This document shows positions 22,941-34,400 of a stretch of 64,000 nucleotides of DNA, in pieces. The translations under genes and the position numbers were made by a program. The stretch comes from an uncultured Lentisphaerales bacterium (GTDB lineage Bacteria; Verrucomicrobiota; Lentisphaeria; JABSQK01; UBA12247), in the NCBI GenBank assembly GCA_943788985.1, contig CALSSJ010000032.1:65320-129319 (forward strand), in the 5' to 3' direction. The notes under the pieces were generated by a model, which was given only the letters and a program-made list of their open reading frames with translations, was not told where the DNA came from and searched no databases. Each line of letters opens with the position of its first letter. The stretch's first letter is position 1.

Positions 22941-23972
22941 ACCGGCCACTATCAGCTCGCCTTCAGCTCCACCGACAGCCTGGGAAATTCCGGAGAGTTG
23001 GCGTTCTGCGAGTTCGAGATCGACGCCGACCCGCCAGGCTGCAGCATCAATACCACAGGCTTCTTCGCACCCGCGTCCTGGAGCGGCTCTGTAACCGGCA
23101 CCACCACAGGCACCGATGTTGCACACCTGACTGTCACCATTCAGCGCCGAAGCGACCTCGCCTATTTTGCCGGAAACCGTTGGCAGGGCAATGGCGTAGA
23201 AAAAAAACGCCGGCATTGCTGCCTGGCTGCTGCCCATCCACCTCACCTTTCTCGATCACGCTGAGACCTAAGATATCGAGGTCATCGTTACCGATGAGAC
23301 CGACAATCGACAAACTTGCACCGGCCAATTTTCTCTGGACTCAGATCAACCGCTCCTCCACGTCGCACCAGCCCTCATAGAGGTCCCCTTCGGGGCCGTA
23401 ATCGAGCCATTCATCGGCGTCTCCGTGAGCGACGGAGTTGATCCCAACCCAACGATCACCGTCTCTCCTGCCCCCGACTCCAATCAGCTTGGGGACCAGC
23501 AAGTTGTCTATTCAGCCACAGATGCAGCCGGCAATGAGGCAGAGGCTGTCCTGCGTGTCTATCGCGTCCGCATGGGCATCAGTGGCACCGTTTTCTATCA
23601 GGGCCTCCAACAGGGGGACACCTGAGTCCCATCGTCGGCTGGGACAGCGCCGCGCAGGGCTATGTCGCCATCACCACGTCCCAGGGACGCCAGGGCATGT
23701 TGGTGATGATGCCCCACCAGACTGACTTCGAGATCCGTGGCGTTTACGATGGCAGCACCTGCATCCAGCTGCGTCCCAAGTGGAACCTCGTCGGAGTTAC
23801 TGAGCCCAGCCCTGTCCCCGACCTTGACGATTTCGTCGTCTGGTGGCATCGGCAGCACTTCCGTTCCCTGGTCGCGGGCGAGCTCCTGCAGCCATCCAAC
23901 GGCTACTGGATTCATGCCCCAGCGCCCATCGAACTGGCCGCCACGAAACCAAGCCAGGAACCGGCATGTTGA
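22941..23972 (+). pseudogene. 3' remnant of a large surface protein (Ig-like, DUF5011-like, C-terminal WNL..GYW module)
   Basis: YQLAFSSTDSLGN..IDADPP, VSDGVD..VVYSATDAAGNEA and LRPKWNLVG..LQPSNGYWIH, spread over several frames. Confidence 0.65.
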
Positions 23973-24494
23973 CGAGTTGCAAGTGGAACGTTCATCTCGT
24001 TCACACTCACGGTTTGGCGCGCCAGACGCATCAACAGGGACGTGGCAGGCGAGACAGAAGAACCGGTAACCGGCGCAGCTGACGGTGTAGACCACGTGGG
24101 GGCGAGCGGTCACGTCCGGATGCTCTTGCCGAGTGTCGGCGGCATAGCATACGACCTGAGCGGCGGCCTGCTCACGCGGTGCCGTCCAATCCAACACGGG
24201 CCAGGCGCTCCCCCGCCTCTCGGCTGTAGTGCTTGAACTCGACCAGCAAAGTGGGCACCCACCGCCGCTGAAGACGGCAGCGCTCCGAGGCGACGCCCCG
24301 CAATCATGCCCGGCGCGCAGCTGGACCGCTATTCGTACCAGTCCTCGAATTGCAATCCCGGTACGGCGACGAAATGCCGCGTGTTACTTACGTATCAATA
24401 GCTTTGGCAAAGGGCCAGAATAGCGCTACATGGTAAAGTAAGGCCCTCGTTTACCCAGTTGGGATTGCGAACTCCGCAACCTGTCAGGCATGCC

Positions 24495-26327
24495 ATGGCC
24501 ACCCATGATCCAGTCTCCCGCTCCATCCTTGAGCTGTCGCAGATTAGAACAGACAGCTCCCGGCTCCCGCTTGGATTGCACCTGTATGCCCTAATCCTGG
24601 GAATTGTAGGCCTGCTCATCAGCCTCAGCGCGTTCGCGGGCACCGGGATTGGTCTGGCGTACGCAGTCCACCAGATCACCCAGATTCGGGCATTCAGCGC
24701 CTCAGCAGTGGGCTACGTCGCCCTTGCTCTGGGCTTGCTTTCCCTCTGCCTTGCGTTTCTGCGCACCTTGCTGTTGCGGCAGGAGCCTCCCGAGCATTTT
24801 CCCATTGCGGACAAAGAGCCGGAACTGCACAGCTTTACCCGCGCCGTGATGCATGCGCTGGACCTGACCGTCGTTCCGGAGATTGCTCTGAGTATGGAGC
24901 CGGACGTACATATACACGCCCCCACCAAGCCTAGACTCACCCTTGGCATCCCGCTGCTTTGCGCATGGAACTCCCGCGAGCTCGCCGGTGCTCTCGCCAG
25001 TGCCGGGACCCGCTGCCTGCTCGCGCGCAAGCAGCCCGGACTCGGCCTGCTTATCGTGCAGCGCGACTGGCTGCGCGCCATGAGCCGTGGCATCCCAGCC
25101 AACGTCTTCAATCCATTGCGCCTGCTCTCGCCCGCGGATCGCCTCATACGCGCTGCGCTCTGGGCACTCGCTTCGGCTTTGGACGGGCTCTCTCGCCCGG
25201 TCCAGCAGGCAGTTGCGGAGATCGCAAAGCGTCAGGCCGTGGCCCTGGCTGGTACCGATGGGGCCCGCACCGCCGCCGCCGTCAGCGTTGGCTTTCGCCA
25301 ACTGATCGCCGAGTTCCCGGACCGGCAGGTGCAGGGCGCGCTGCCCGAGAGAATCGGCCAAGCTACGAAGACAGTAGTAGGGCACATCCCGGAGCCCCCG
25401 CCTGTTGCCGGGGCTCTCAGCTGCGAGTTCCCAGCTGCCGACCTGCTCCGCGATCTGCCCGAATGGGACAACGCGGCCACCAAGGCCCTCTACAAGGCCC
25501 GACTTCCCGCGGTGCCCAAACGGAGGCCCAGCAAGGTCAAGGCAGTCGAAATACACGATGAGGAGATCTCCCGCACGCATCGGGTTTTCTGCGACTATTT
25601 CGGCGAAGCCGCCATGATCGGACTGGTCCCGATCTGGTCGCAGTCCGATTTTCTCCCGCGCCGGCAGGAAGCCGGTCTCGTGGCTCGCACTTGGCAGAAC
25701 CATCAAGCGACCATGGATGACGCTGGTTGCGAACTTCGCACCCTGACCGAAGGCAAGTCGTTGGACCTTGTCGTTGCCGCTTGTCGTGACCACGAATCCC
25801 AGGAGCATGCCGCCTGGCAACGTTTTCTGACCTCTGCAAAAGGCAGACTGGCCTGCGCCCTCGTCCTGCTCGACACTCGGGAAGATGTCGAGGAAGAGCG
25901 CCGCCGCGAATCGCAATATCTTCGCGTTGTGACGGTCCGGCTGGCGGCCGGGGTGCAGATCGCCAACCGCCTTGCCGACACAGCGAAGATCAAGCCAGAG
26001 AGCCAAAAACGCGGGCAGCGTCTGCGCACAGAGGTCGGGCGGATCCTTGAGCAGGCTTATTCTGAACTGAATGAACTGCCCAATCCTTACTCGGCAGATG
26101 CAACGGATGCTACAGTGGGCCAGTATTGCTTTCCGGTAGGGCTCCCAGAGAAGAATACCCCGGAAGAGCTAAGCGCGGCCTCCAGCCTCTTCATTCGCCG
26201 CGTCAACGCGCTCTACTTCCGCATTGTCGGCAGATTGGTCGAGCTCATGGAGTACAGCGAAGCGGGGATCACGCCGACGCAAGTCGAGGTCAGGGACGAC
26301 AGCGTCTACGAGCTGGACCTGAAATGA
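24495..26327 (+). CDS. Membrane protein with degenerate M48-peptidase-like domain
   Basis: Two N-terminal TM helices; EPELHSF..LTLGIPLLCAWNSRELAGALASAG where M48 enzymes have LAHExGH. Confidence 0.6.
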   Translation: MATHDPVSRSILELSQIRTDSSRLPLGLHLYALILGIVGLLISLSAFAGTGIGLAYAVHQITQIRAFSASAVGYVALALGLLSLCLAFLRTLLLRQEPPEHFPIADKEPELHSFTRAVMHALDLTVVPEIALSMEPDVHIHAPTKPRLTLGIPLLCAWNSRELAGALASAGTRCLLARKQPGLGLLIVQRDWLRAMSRGIPANVFNPLRLLSPADRLIRAALWALASALDGLSRPVQQAVAEIAKRQAVALAGTDGARTAAAVSVGFRQLIAEFPDRQVQGALPERIGQATKTVVGHIPEPPPVAGALSCEFPAADLLRDLPEWDNAATKALYKARLPAVPKRRPSKVKAVEIHDEEISRTHRVFCDYFGEAAMIGLVPIWSQSDFLPRRQEAGLVARTWQNHQATMDDAGCELRTLTEGKSLDLVVAACRDHESQEHAAWQRFLTSAKGRLACALVLLDTREDVEEERRRESQYLRVVTVRLAAGVQIANRLADTAKIKPESQKRGQRLRTEVGRILEQAYSELNELPNPYSADATDATVGQYCFPVGLPEKNTPEELSAASSLFIRRVNALYFRIVGRLVELMEYSEAGITPTQVEVRDDSVYELDLK

Positions 26328-27000
26328 GCGAGGAGCGCAATCAATCATACTACCGGGAGTACGATGGCTCGCTCGGCGACCTAGTGCGGGACATTCAAGA
26401 CCAGGTTCGCGGACAGACGTTGAATGAAGACGATGCGGTCGCATAGCTGTTAGTCTCAGAGGAGCGATACACAAATTTGCAGCACTTGGCTCGGGGCGGT
26501 CGCAAGGAAATCTTGACGGCCAGATACGCCGCCATGGGGCTGGAGGTAGCGCTCGCGACGATCTCCGCCGAAAGCGAACCAGCCGTGGTGCACAGCTTTG
26601 TCCGCGAGGCCCGCCTCACGGCTGCCGCGCAGGCACCGGGGATCGTCCCCATTCTCGATCTGGGCGTCCTGCCCGACGGCCGGCCATCCTTTCCCATGCC
26701 ATGGCTGCAGGGGAGGGCGCTTACCAAGTATCTCACAGACCCGCCCACGCTTGCGTTACGTGATGCTTTCGTGCTCTTTCGGCATGTGCTTGAGATCCTG
26801 AGTGTGGCCCACCAGCGTGATGTCGTCCATCTGGATGTCTCACCCGAGAACATATTGGTTCAGACCAGCGGCTATCCGCTTGTGCTCGACTGGGGCCTAG
26901 CCAAAGTGCTCGACGAGCGCTGTTAGGAGCCAGCGCTGGCCGACTGCTCCGTGGACCAGCTGTCCGTTCAACCCTGGCCCCTGCTCGGGGCGCACATTGT
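26324..27000 (+). pseudogene. Hanks-type Ser/Thr kinase fragment
   Basis: LARGG, FVREARLTA, HLDVSPENI, VLDWGLAK. In-frame TAG at 26444-26446 and 26924-26926. No APE motif follows. Confidence 0.8.
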
Positions 27001-27206
27001 GTTCGACTCCAGGTTTCGCCACCGTGCCGGCCACGAAAAGATGCCGATCGCCGTGCATCGGTCTGGTGCGCAGGCCTTTGCCCCACATCGTCAAGGCGTG
27101 CTACCCGCGACTGCCGTCGGCGAACGTTCCAGCGCGCAACAGCGCGCCGAGGCTTTGCCATTTCGCGTCGTAGCACCGCCCTACCGCGATCTGCGCCGCG
27201 GGCACG

Positions 27207-28334
27207 TCACATAAGTTCGGAGCAGACTTCTCGTAACTGTGCGGCAGCTTCCTGCAGATCTGCAGGAGCATGCCCAGACTGCACGGTGAAGCGGATGCGT
27301 GCGGAACTCGCGGGGACCGTGGGCGGGCGAATCGCGATCGCGGCGATGCCCCGATCATGTAGCGCGGCCGCGAGGGCCAGACACCGCGCGTTGTCTCCGA
27401 CCACATACGGTACAATCTGACTGCTGCGCTCCGAATCCAACGGCAGGCCCAGAGCCCCGCGTAGCAGCCGCGCATTCTCGTGCAGACGCACCCGGGCGGC
27501 ATCGGCACCGCTGACGGCTTCGACCGCTGCCTGGGTGGCCCGGACCAGCGCTGGAGGTAGACCAGTATTGTAGATAAAGGAGCGTGCGCAATTGACCAAC
27601 TGCGAACGCATTGCCCGGTTGCTGATCACAAACGCGCCGTAGGTACCGTAGGCCTTGCCAAAGGTCCCGAGCATGGTGTCGGGCACCACGCCGAGCGCGC
27701 GACACAGCCCGGCACCGCCCGGCCCGAAGCAGCCGACGCTGTGCGCCTCATCCACGTGGAGCATGGCGCCGTAGCTCTGGCAGAGGGTTGCGATCTCCGC
27801 AAGCGGCGCCCGGTCTCCGTCCATGCTGAATACGGACTCTGTGATAACTAGGCAGCGTTGCCCGCGCGAGGCTTGCAGGCGCTTTTCGAGATGCGCAGCG
27901 TCGCAGTGGCGGTAGCGCAGGTGGCGTGCGCGTGAGAGGGCGATGCCGTCCAGAATACTGGCGTGCACCAGACGGTCGCTGATCACCACATCTCCCTTGC
28001 CTACGAGCGCGGGGATGAGGCCGGTGTTGGCCAGATAACCAGAGCCAAAGATCAGTGCGGACTCCGCATCGTGCAGGTCTGTCAGCGTTGACTCGAGCTT
28101 GTCGAAGGCGGGATCATTACCGCTCACGAGCCGAGCTGCGCCACTTCCCCAGCCGTCAGTCTCGGAATGCGCCAGCGTCGCGGCGAGGCCCAGATAATCG
28201 TTCGCAGCCAGATTCAGTAGCTCTTTGCCCGCCACCAAAATCTTGCCAGCCACCAGCAATTGCGAAGTTCGCAAGGTTCGCTCTGCCGCGTCAGCTATCC
28301 GCTGTGCGGCCAGCTCTGCGATCCTGTCGCTCAA
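27207..28334 (-). CDS. bioF: 8-amino-7-oxononanoate synthase
   Basis: NDYLGL, GSGAARLVSG, HASILDG, ESVFSMDGD, DEAH, GTFGKA, AIRPPTVP. Confidence 0.95.
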   Translation of the reverse strand: MSDRIAELAAQRIADAAERTLRTSQLLVAGKILVAGKELLNLAANDYLGLAATLAHSETDGWGSGAARLVSGNDPAFDKLESTLTDLHDAESALIFGSGYLANTGLIPALVGKGDVVISDRLVHASILDGIALSRARHLRYRHCDAAHLEKRLQASRGQRCLVITESVFSMDGDRAPLAEIATLCQSYGAMLHVDEAHSVGCFGPGGAGLCRALGVVPDTMLGTFGKAYGTYGAFVISNRAMRSQLVNCARSFIYNTGLPPALVRATQAAVEAVSGADAARVRLHENARLLRGALGLPLDSERSSQIVPYVVGDNARCLALAAALHDRGIAAIAIRPPTVPASSARIRFTVQSGHAPADLQEAAAQLREVCSELM

Positions 28335-29473
28335 CCAGCCACCATCGGCGCTGCGAGGCGGCGCTGCAGTGTATCTGCCAATGCTTCAAGATTTGGAGGC
28401 AGGTCCGTGTCTACTTCCCAGATCTGGCCCCAGTTGTCGGAGGCGACTCTGTCTGCCATGATCCGGCTCCGTTCGGTGCTGCCAAGCTGGCGTTCGAGTT
28501 TCTTGCGCGCGGACTCGGCTGTCTCGCCACGCTCGACCAACCGCGCCTGGCGTACTTCCTCGCTGGCGTCCACAAGCACAAGATTGTGATTGACCAGCTT
28601 GGTCCAATTGGCCTCCACGAGAATCGCGCCCTCGATCAGCAGCACTCCTTTTGCGATCGTACGAGTTTCGTCATAGAGCCTGGCGAGGATGGGCTCGTGC
28701 ATCAGTTGGTTTAGTTCCTGCAGAGCAGCGCTGTCAGCGAATACCATAGGGCCGAGCACCTTGCGGTCGATCGAGCCATCCGCGCATTCCACCTGGGCAC
28801 CAAACCGCTCGACGATGCGGCGCCGGGTTTCGCAGTAGATGGTCTCCGGGCTAGTCCCAAGCACGAAGTGCCCTACCGCATCCAGGCTGATGTGTGTGGC
28901 TGCGACACCGCGAAACTTTAGCATGGTCACGAGCTTGGCAGCTATGGTTGACTTGCCGGCGGCGATACCACCGGCAATCCCGACTGTGTAGCGGCCGAGA
29001 ATCTTCCGTTCAAGTGCCTCTTTGATCGCGAGCGGGCAGTAGCCGCTCACGTCGCCACCTTCGCTGACGAGGGCCTTGACCACACCGCTACTAACGTGGG
29101 CCAATCCGGGACTGGCGGGCAGGAATACGGTGTCGACCGACGGGTGCAGCGAGTGATTTACCCTGTAGAGAATCATCTCATCTTCAAGGTCACCATTATG
29201 ACGGACGCCGCGCACGACTACATCAAAGCCATGGCGATATGCGAACTCCGCAAGCAGCCCGTCGAACCGCTGGCAGGTTACGTTCTCCAAATCGGCTAGG
29301 GCGCGGGCGGTTAGCGCCAGACGCTCTTCGACGTTAAACAGGTAGCGGCCAGATTTGGCAGGATTGTCTCCCACGACCACGGTCAGAGATGCGTAGGTCG
29401 CCGCGGCGCGCCGCACGATATCAAGATGTCCGTTGGTGATAGGATCCCCGGAAAACGCGTACACAGCACGCAT
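28331..29473 (-). CDS. coaD: Bifunctional pantetheine-phosphate adenylyltransferase / dephospho-CoA kinase (CoaD-CoaE fusion)
   Basis: N-terminal DPITNGHLDI, RGVR, VSSGVVK (CoaD). C-terminal GIAGGIAAGKST, IDRKVLG..VF, LNQLMH (CoaE). One 380-aa ORF. Confidence 0.93.
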   Translation of the reverse strand: MRAVYAFSGDPITNGHLDIVRRAAATYASLTVVVGDNPAKSGRYLFNVEERLALTARALADLENVTCQRFDGLLAEFAYRHGFDVVVRGVRHNGDLEDEMILYRVNHSLHPSVDTVFLPASPGLAHVSSGVVKALVSEGGDVSGYCPLAIKEALERKILGRYTVGIAGGIAAGKSTIAAKLVTMLKFRGVAATHISLDAVGHFVLGTSPETIYCETRRRIVERFGAQVECADGSIDRKVLGPMVFADSAALQELNQLMHEPILARLYDETRTIAKGVLLIEGAILVEANWTKLVNHNLVLVDASEEVRQARLVERGETAESARKKLERQLGSTERSRIMADRVASDNWGQIWEVDTDLPPNLEALADTLQRRLAAPMVAG

Positions 29474-29499
29474 GTCAGACTCCGGGCTTGCGCCAAAAA

Positions 29500-30477
29500 T
29501 TATGCATTGGATCGGGCTCTATGGGCGTTGGTGTCGATCAGGCGCGGCCGCTCGCCGCGCCCGGCACGTCGAAGGTCTTCCCCGCAATCAAACCCTGTAT
29601 CATAGCGATAGTTGGGATCGCGCGCCATCATCGTGTAGACGACAGCCGCCAATGGCGTGCTGCAATCGGCCCGGACTTTGCGCAGGTCTGGCGGGGGTTG
29701 GTGCAGGCGGGCATGCACGACAGCCATGATTTCTTCGAGATCAAACGGGGGCTGGCCGGAGACCACATGATACAGGGTGGCCCCAAGCGAATAGATGTCG
29801 GACCGGTTGTCAGGATAGGCCCCGTCCAGAATCGATTCGGGGCTGAGGTAGTACGGCGTACCCTCGACCGCAGAGACATCGACCTCGCCGGACTCGTGGG
29901 CAGTCACCATCCCGAAATCGCATACTTTCACCACGCCATGAGAGTTCAGCATGATGTTCTGTGGCTTCACATCCCGATGGATGATCATGAACTTGCTCCA
30001 GACATAGTCGAGCGCTTCGGCCGCTCGCGCGCCCACTTCGCAGGCTAGGTCAATAGCCATCGGGCCTTGGATGTTCAGGTATTCGATCAGGTTCACTGCA
30101 TCAAAATACTCAAGCTCAAGAAACAAGACGCCATTCCTCTCGCCGCCGGTGTTGACCTTAATGATCGACGGGTGGTCGAGCTTACGTGCCTGCTCAATCT
30201 CGCGGGTAAATTCCCGGCGCGAGTGGTTGTTTATCTCTCGGTGCGCGTAGAAAACCTTTGCGGCTACGGTCTTGCCGTCGCTGCGAACTGCTCGACAGAC
30301 GACAGCGTTAGCACCGACGCCGACAATCTCCCACAGCTGATAGTCTCCGAACTGAAGCGGGGCTTCACCTGTTAGGATCACATTCAGGTTCTGGCATGCA
30401 CCGCAACGATGCATAACGCCAGCTTTACCGAGCGAGGTCTCTAAATCTTGGTCACAATGAAAGCAGGCCAGCGGCAT
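29500..30477 (-). CDS. Ser/Thr protein kinase with N-terminal zinc ribbon
   Basis: CFHC..CGAC, GVGANAVV, AAK, HRDVKPQN, DFG, GTPYYLSPE, SDIYSLG. Confidence 0.93.
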   Translation of the reverse strand: MPLACFHCDQDLETSLGKAGVMHRCGACQNLNVILTGEAPLQFGDYQLWEIVGVGANAVVCRAVRSDGKTVAAKVFYAHREINNHSRREFTREIEQARKLDHPSIIKVNTGGERNGVLFLELEYFDAVNLIEYLNIQGPMAIDLACEVGARAAEALDYVWSKFMIIHRDVKPQNIMLNSHGVVKVCDFGMVTAHESGEVDVSAVEGTPYYLSPESILDGAYPDNRSDIYSLGATLYHVVSGQPPFDLEEIMAVVHARLHQPPPDLRKVRADCSTPLAAVVYTMMARDPNYRYDTGFDCGEDLRRAGRGERPRLIDTNAHRARSNA

Positions 30478-30524
30478 AAATTATGGTGCGGTGCTCGCCA
30501 GCCGGGCGGGCTTCCCCGCTACAA

Positions 30525-31211
30525 TCAAGGGGTAGACTGTGGCTGGTAAACGAACAGCTCAGCGCGGCGATTCTTGATATATACAGACTCACCGGTCCCG
30601 GGAACTGCAGGCTTTTCTTCCCCGTAGGACACCGTATTCATCCGTGCGGATTTTACATTGAGCTTGCTGAGATAGCTGCGTACGGCGATGGCACGACGTT
30701 CGCCCAAGCCCCGGTTGTACTCGGAACTGCCGCGCTCATCACAATGGCCTTCGATTGCCACATAGAACTGCGGGTACTTCTCGAGATAGCCAGCAAGACG
30801 CTTGAGGTGCCCCTGGCCTTCGTCGCCGATCATGCTCTGATTGTAGGCGAAGTAGATAGGGCCAAACATGCGGCGTTGCTGCGCCAGCGCAGTGGCGGAC
30901 GGCATCTTGTTCACAGAGCCTGGACCAGGCATCGACTCGAAGTCGTCGTTGATGCTTTCAGTGCTGATGATGAAGGGGCTATCTGTCTGGGGCAGGTCAT
31001 TTCCTGCCACCTCAAGCTCGTGATCCCCGTGGCTGATTGGGGATTCCTCTTCTTCGAACGAGGTATCTGCGATTACGGAAGGTGCGGGAACCATGCGACG
31101 TTGGTTCTCTGGAATTTTGCGTACTTCTGCATTTTTGTCGACACCGGGAAGGTGACGGCAGGAGGACGCGGCGAGGAGGACGACGATCAGGAGGAAAAAG
31201 AAAGCTCTCAT
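30525..31211 (-). CDS. pal: Peptidoglycan-associated lipoprotein (OmpA/Pal)
   Basis: Lipobox-like AASSC, IYFAYN, IEGHCDERGSSEYNRGLGERRA, SYGEEKP, NRRAE. Confidence 0.92.
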   Translation of the reverse strand: MRAFFFLLIVVLLAASSCRHLPGVDKNAEVRKIPENQRRMVPAPSVIADTSFEEEESPISHGDHELEVAGNDLPQTDSPFIISTESINDDFESMPGPGSVNKMPSATALAQQRRMFGPIYFAYNQSMIGDEGQGHLKRLAGYLEKYPQFYVAIEGHCDERGSSEYNRGLGERRAIAVRSYLSKLNVKSARMNTVSYGEEKPAVPGTGESVYIKNRRAELFVYQPQSTP

Positions 31212-31430
31212 GGGATTCCGATTTGCGCAGGTATCTGGGCGGTTTTGAGTCGATTTTTGCGGGGCCACCTATGGCTACCGTATTATATGGGAAACATCGC
31301 GGTATGCAACAAATACCGGGGCAGTTCGCTGGTCTTGGTGGGTTGGTTGCGAAGTGCGCAGGAAGCGACTGATGCGAATTTACGCGACTTGCCTGCCTGC
31401 GGATCACGGCGCTTGCTGGCTGGCTTGTCG

Positions 31431-34400
31431 CTACTTTTCCTCGCTCATTAGCCAAGGATCGACCCCCAAGGCACCGACTAGGTCCTCGCGGTAGGCAGCA
31501 CTGTTGACTTGCTTGAGCTGAGCCCGGATGACGCCGAGTCGTTGTTTTATTTCAGCTGCGTCGTCTGTAGAGATGGCACGGCGATTGGCCACCCGCTTCA
31601 GATATTTGATCCCGCGCTCGAGGCGGGCGGTCTCGATGCGTTGCTGGGCATCCAGTCTGGCTGCATACCAGTCTGAATTCAGTAGGTAGTCGCGGCTGAA
31701 CATGCTGCGAACTTCGGGAGCGTGGACGTCGTTTCCTTCCCACTCGCCGTGGGCCATTATGGTGAGTAGCGCGCGCAACGGCGGGCAAGCGCCCTCGATG
31801 CCGCCGTCTTCGAAGTAGAGAGCCGCAACGCGCTGCTGGGTCTCGACAATGTTTGCGATGCCGTCGACAAAGACCTGCAAGTCCTGGGTCTCAGGCCGCA
31901 ACATTTCAGGTGGGAACACCGCTGTCGGGGTATCAAACATCCGCCCCAGATAGTAGCGGAGGAACTTTTCGGTGACGCGCCAGCCAAGGCGGCTAGCGGG
32001 AACTTGCTTGCTTGCATGCTCGAAGTCTTCGACGCGCTCCAGAAAATCATTGGCGATCATGTACGTTGGCTCGCGCTCTTCCGGGCTCATGCGGCACCAG
32101 ATTTCCGGGATCAGCAGGCTGATGTCGTGGTCCACGCGATAGTCCGGGCCGACGTGACCGGCAGAACTGCTGAAGCCAGCATCACCAGTGAGGATGTAGG
32201 AGACCAGCGCGTTGTTCAGATCCACGATCGGCGGCAGGCAGTTAAAGGGGGCCTTGGTCAAGGCACCTTCACTGCCCGCGCCAGTGGTGGACGGTGATTT
32301 TCCGGTCAGACTACAGATGAAGTCCATGAACAGCTCAGGCAATTCCTGGTAGTGAATCGGACTGTACACAGCCAGAGCGCGAACCTTGCCCTCCGGTGGA
32401 TTATTACGCCGCCCACACAGGACCGAGTCCACTGGCATGGTCATCGGATCATCCGGACCGAGCTGGCTCTTCAACCGTACGGCCATTTCGGCCATATAGC
32501 GGGCCGGCCGGGCGGCTGAGATCGGGCCGCAACTGCAGGTAGCGCGGGTTCTTGGTACGAGTCCCGTCATCCAAAACGCGTGGATGCGTCCCGAGTGCGA
32601 AGTAGTTCGGGCCATCAGGAGAGTCTGCAACACCGCTGATGAATTCGCGCATGGGGGCAGTGAAGTCAAAGAACTCCACGGTATTGGAGACAAAGTCGCG
32701 GGCGCGCTCGGCGGGGAGAGCTTCGTAGTTGCTCAGAAAGGTGTATGGGCTCGACAGGTCCTGCTCTGCCTGATTATCAAAACCACGATTGATCGCCTCA
32801 TCTGGTCGCTGAAAAAAAGCGATACTCGCAGTTCTCAACCAGCTTGCGAGAGCCGTGGCCAGTCCCACTCTCATCCTGTCCCAGCCACCGAGAGGGGCAC
32901 TACGACTGAGGCGCTGATGTCGTCCTCGGTCTGCAGCTTGTCGGCCGCAATGAAGTCCTGGCGTAGCTTGTAGGTTCGCCAGCCGCCGTCGGCGACGAGG
33001 CCGACACGCGCATGAATGGTCACCACCTTGCGGTGATTATACTTTAGTTCCAGCCCTGGGTTTCCATTGACAAGATCCGTCGAGAACGGTGTCTGCCAGT
33101 TGTCGCCCCATTCCGGCCGATACATCCGCTTTACGAAGAAAACGAGGCGCGCGAATGTGGTCTGGAATGCTGCGCAACCACTCGTTGTACTCAGGCCGGA
33201 AGTCTGGCTCCGCCGGGGTCAGTAGTTTAATGACCGACCCCAGCGAGCGGTCCGGGCTGAGTAGCGCGCGGTGCTTTGATTTCTGATCGATATCAGGATC
33301 GAAGCGATCGCTGTAGTCGCGTCGGATAATCTCGTCTACCAGCTTCATGTCTTCTTCGAAGTTGCGCAAGAAAAAGGATGAGTAGACGAAGCAGTCTGCG
33401 TAAGATTTGGAAATCTCAGACTTTCCGCCGCCGGATACGGTGCAGGGCTTGTGGCAGAACGTGCCGTTGGCCCCGGGTACCGACCAAGCGCCAGGATGGC
33501 GCATCCGGATGCTTCTCCAAGTGTATCCGAAAGCCGGACGGATACATGTAGGTGCACCCACGATCGAGGGTGATCGTTTGCCGCTGGCCATAGGACACCC
33601 ACGTGATGGTCCCGTCAATCAGGCTGAAGTAGGCATCCTCGGGCACTAGCACCAGATTCGGAAATTTTTTGTCTACGGCGTGGCCTTCAGGCTGCAGGTT
33701 AAGCTGTGCAGAAAAGCGTTTGCGCATGGCCTTGAAGCTGTGTTCCAGGCCGCGCAGGTAGCTGCCAGGGCTGTATGAGTCGCCCAAGTGATACCGCGGA
33801 AAGGCGACTGCACCTCCGGCGTGCTCTTCCTCGGCAAACCCAAACATGTTCGCAGACATGCTGATTTGGGTTTTGACCTCTTTCTTACAATAGCCGAAGT
33901 AGTTATCCGCAATCAGGGTAACTACCACGCCAGCAGTAGTACGACAGGTGATTTTGAACGGCGTACCCTCGTTGTAGAGCTCGTCTTCTTCCTTCCAGCA
34001 CATGCCGTCGTGGCGTTGCCGTTCGGTGGCGTCGGCCCATTTCGGTAGGCCAAGATCTTTTTTGCGCAGCCGCGTCATCTGCGGGGCGAGAATCACACAG
34101 CCGGTATGGCCGGTCCAGCCGTCCACATCCAGTGCGGCATCGTTCCACAGCAGATTCGGGTCACCAGCATTGCCAAAAATCGACTCCACGAAATCTAGGT
34201 TGCTGACCATCGAACCCGGTGCGAAGAAGCGGATTTCCAGCGATTTCCGCGACATGTGCCCGGGAACTTCCGGACAGACCGGAGGCCGCAGCAACAACGA
34301 CACAAAACTCTCGAATGGTGGGGCGAAATCCTGGGAATACGGCACTGCCAGCAACTCTCCGGGAGGGTGTCAGTGCAGCGCGAAGCAGCCCCACGAAGGT

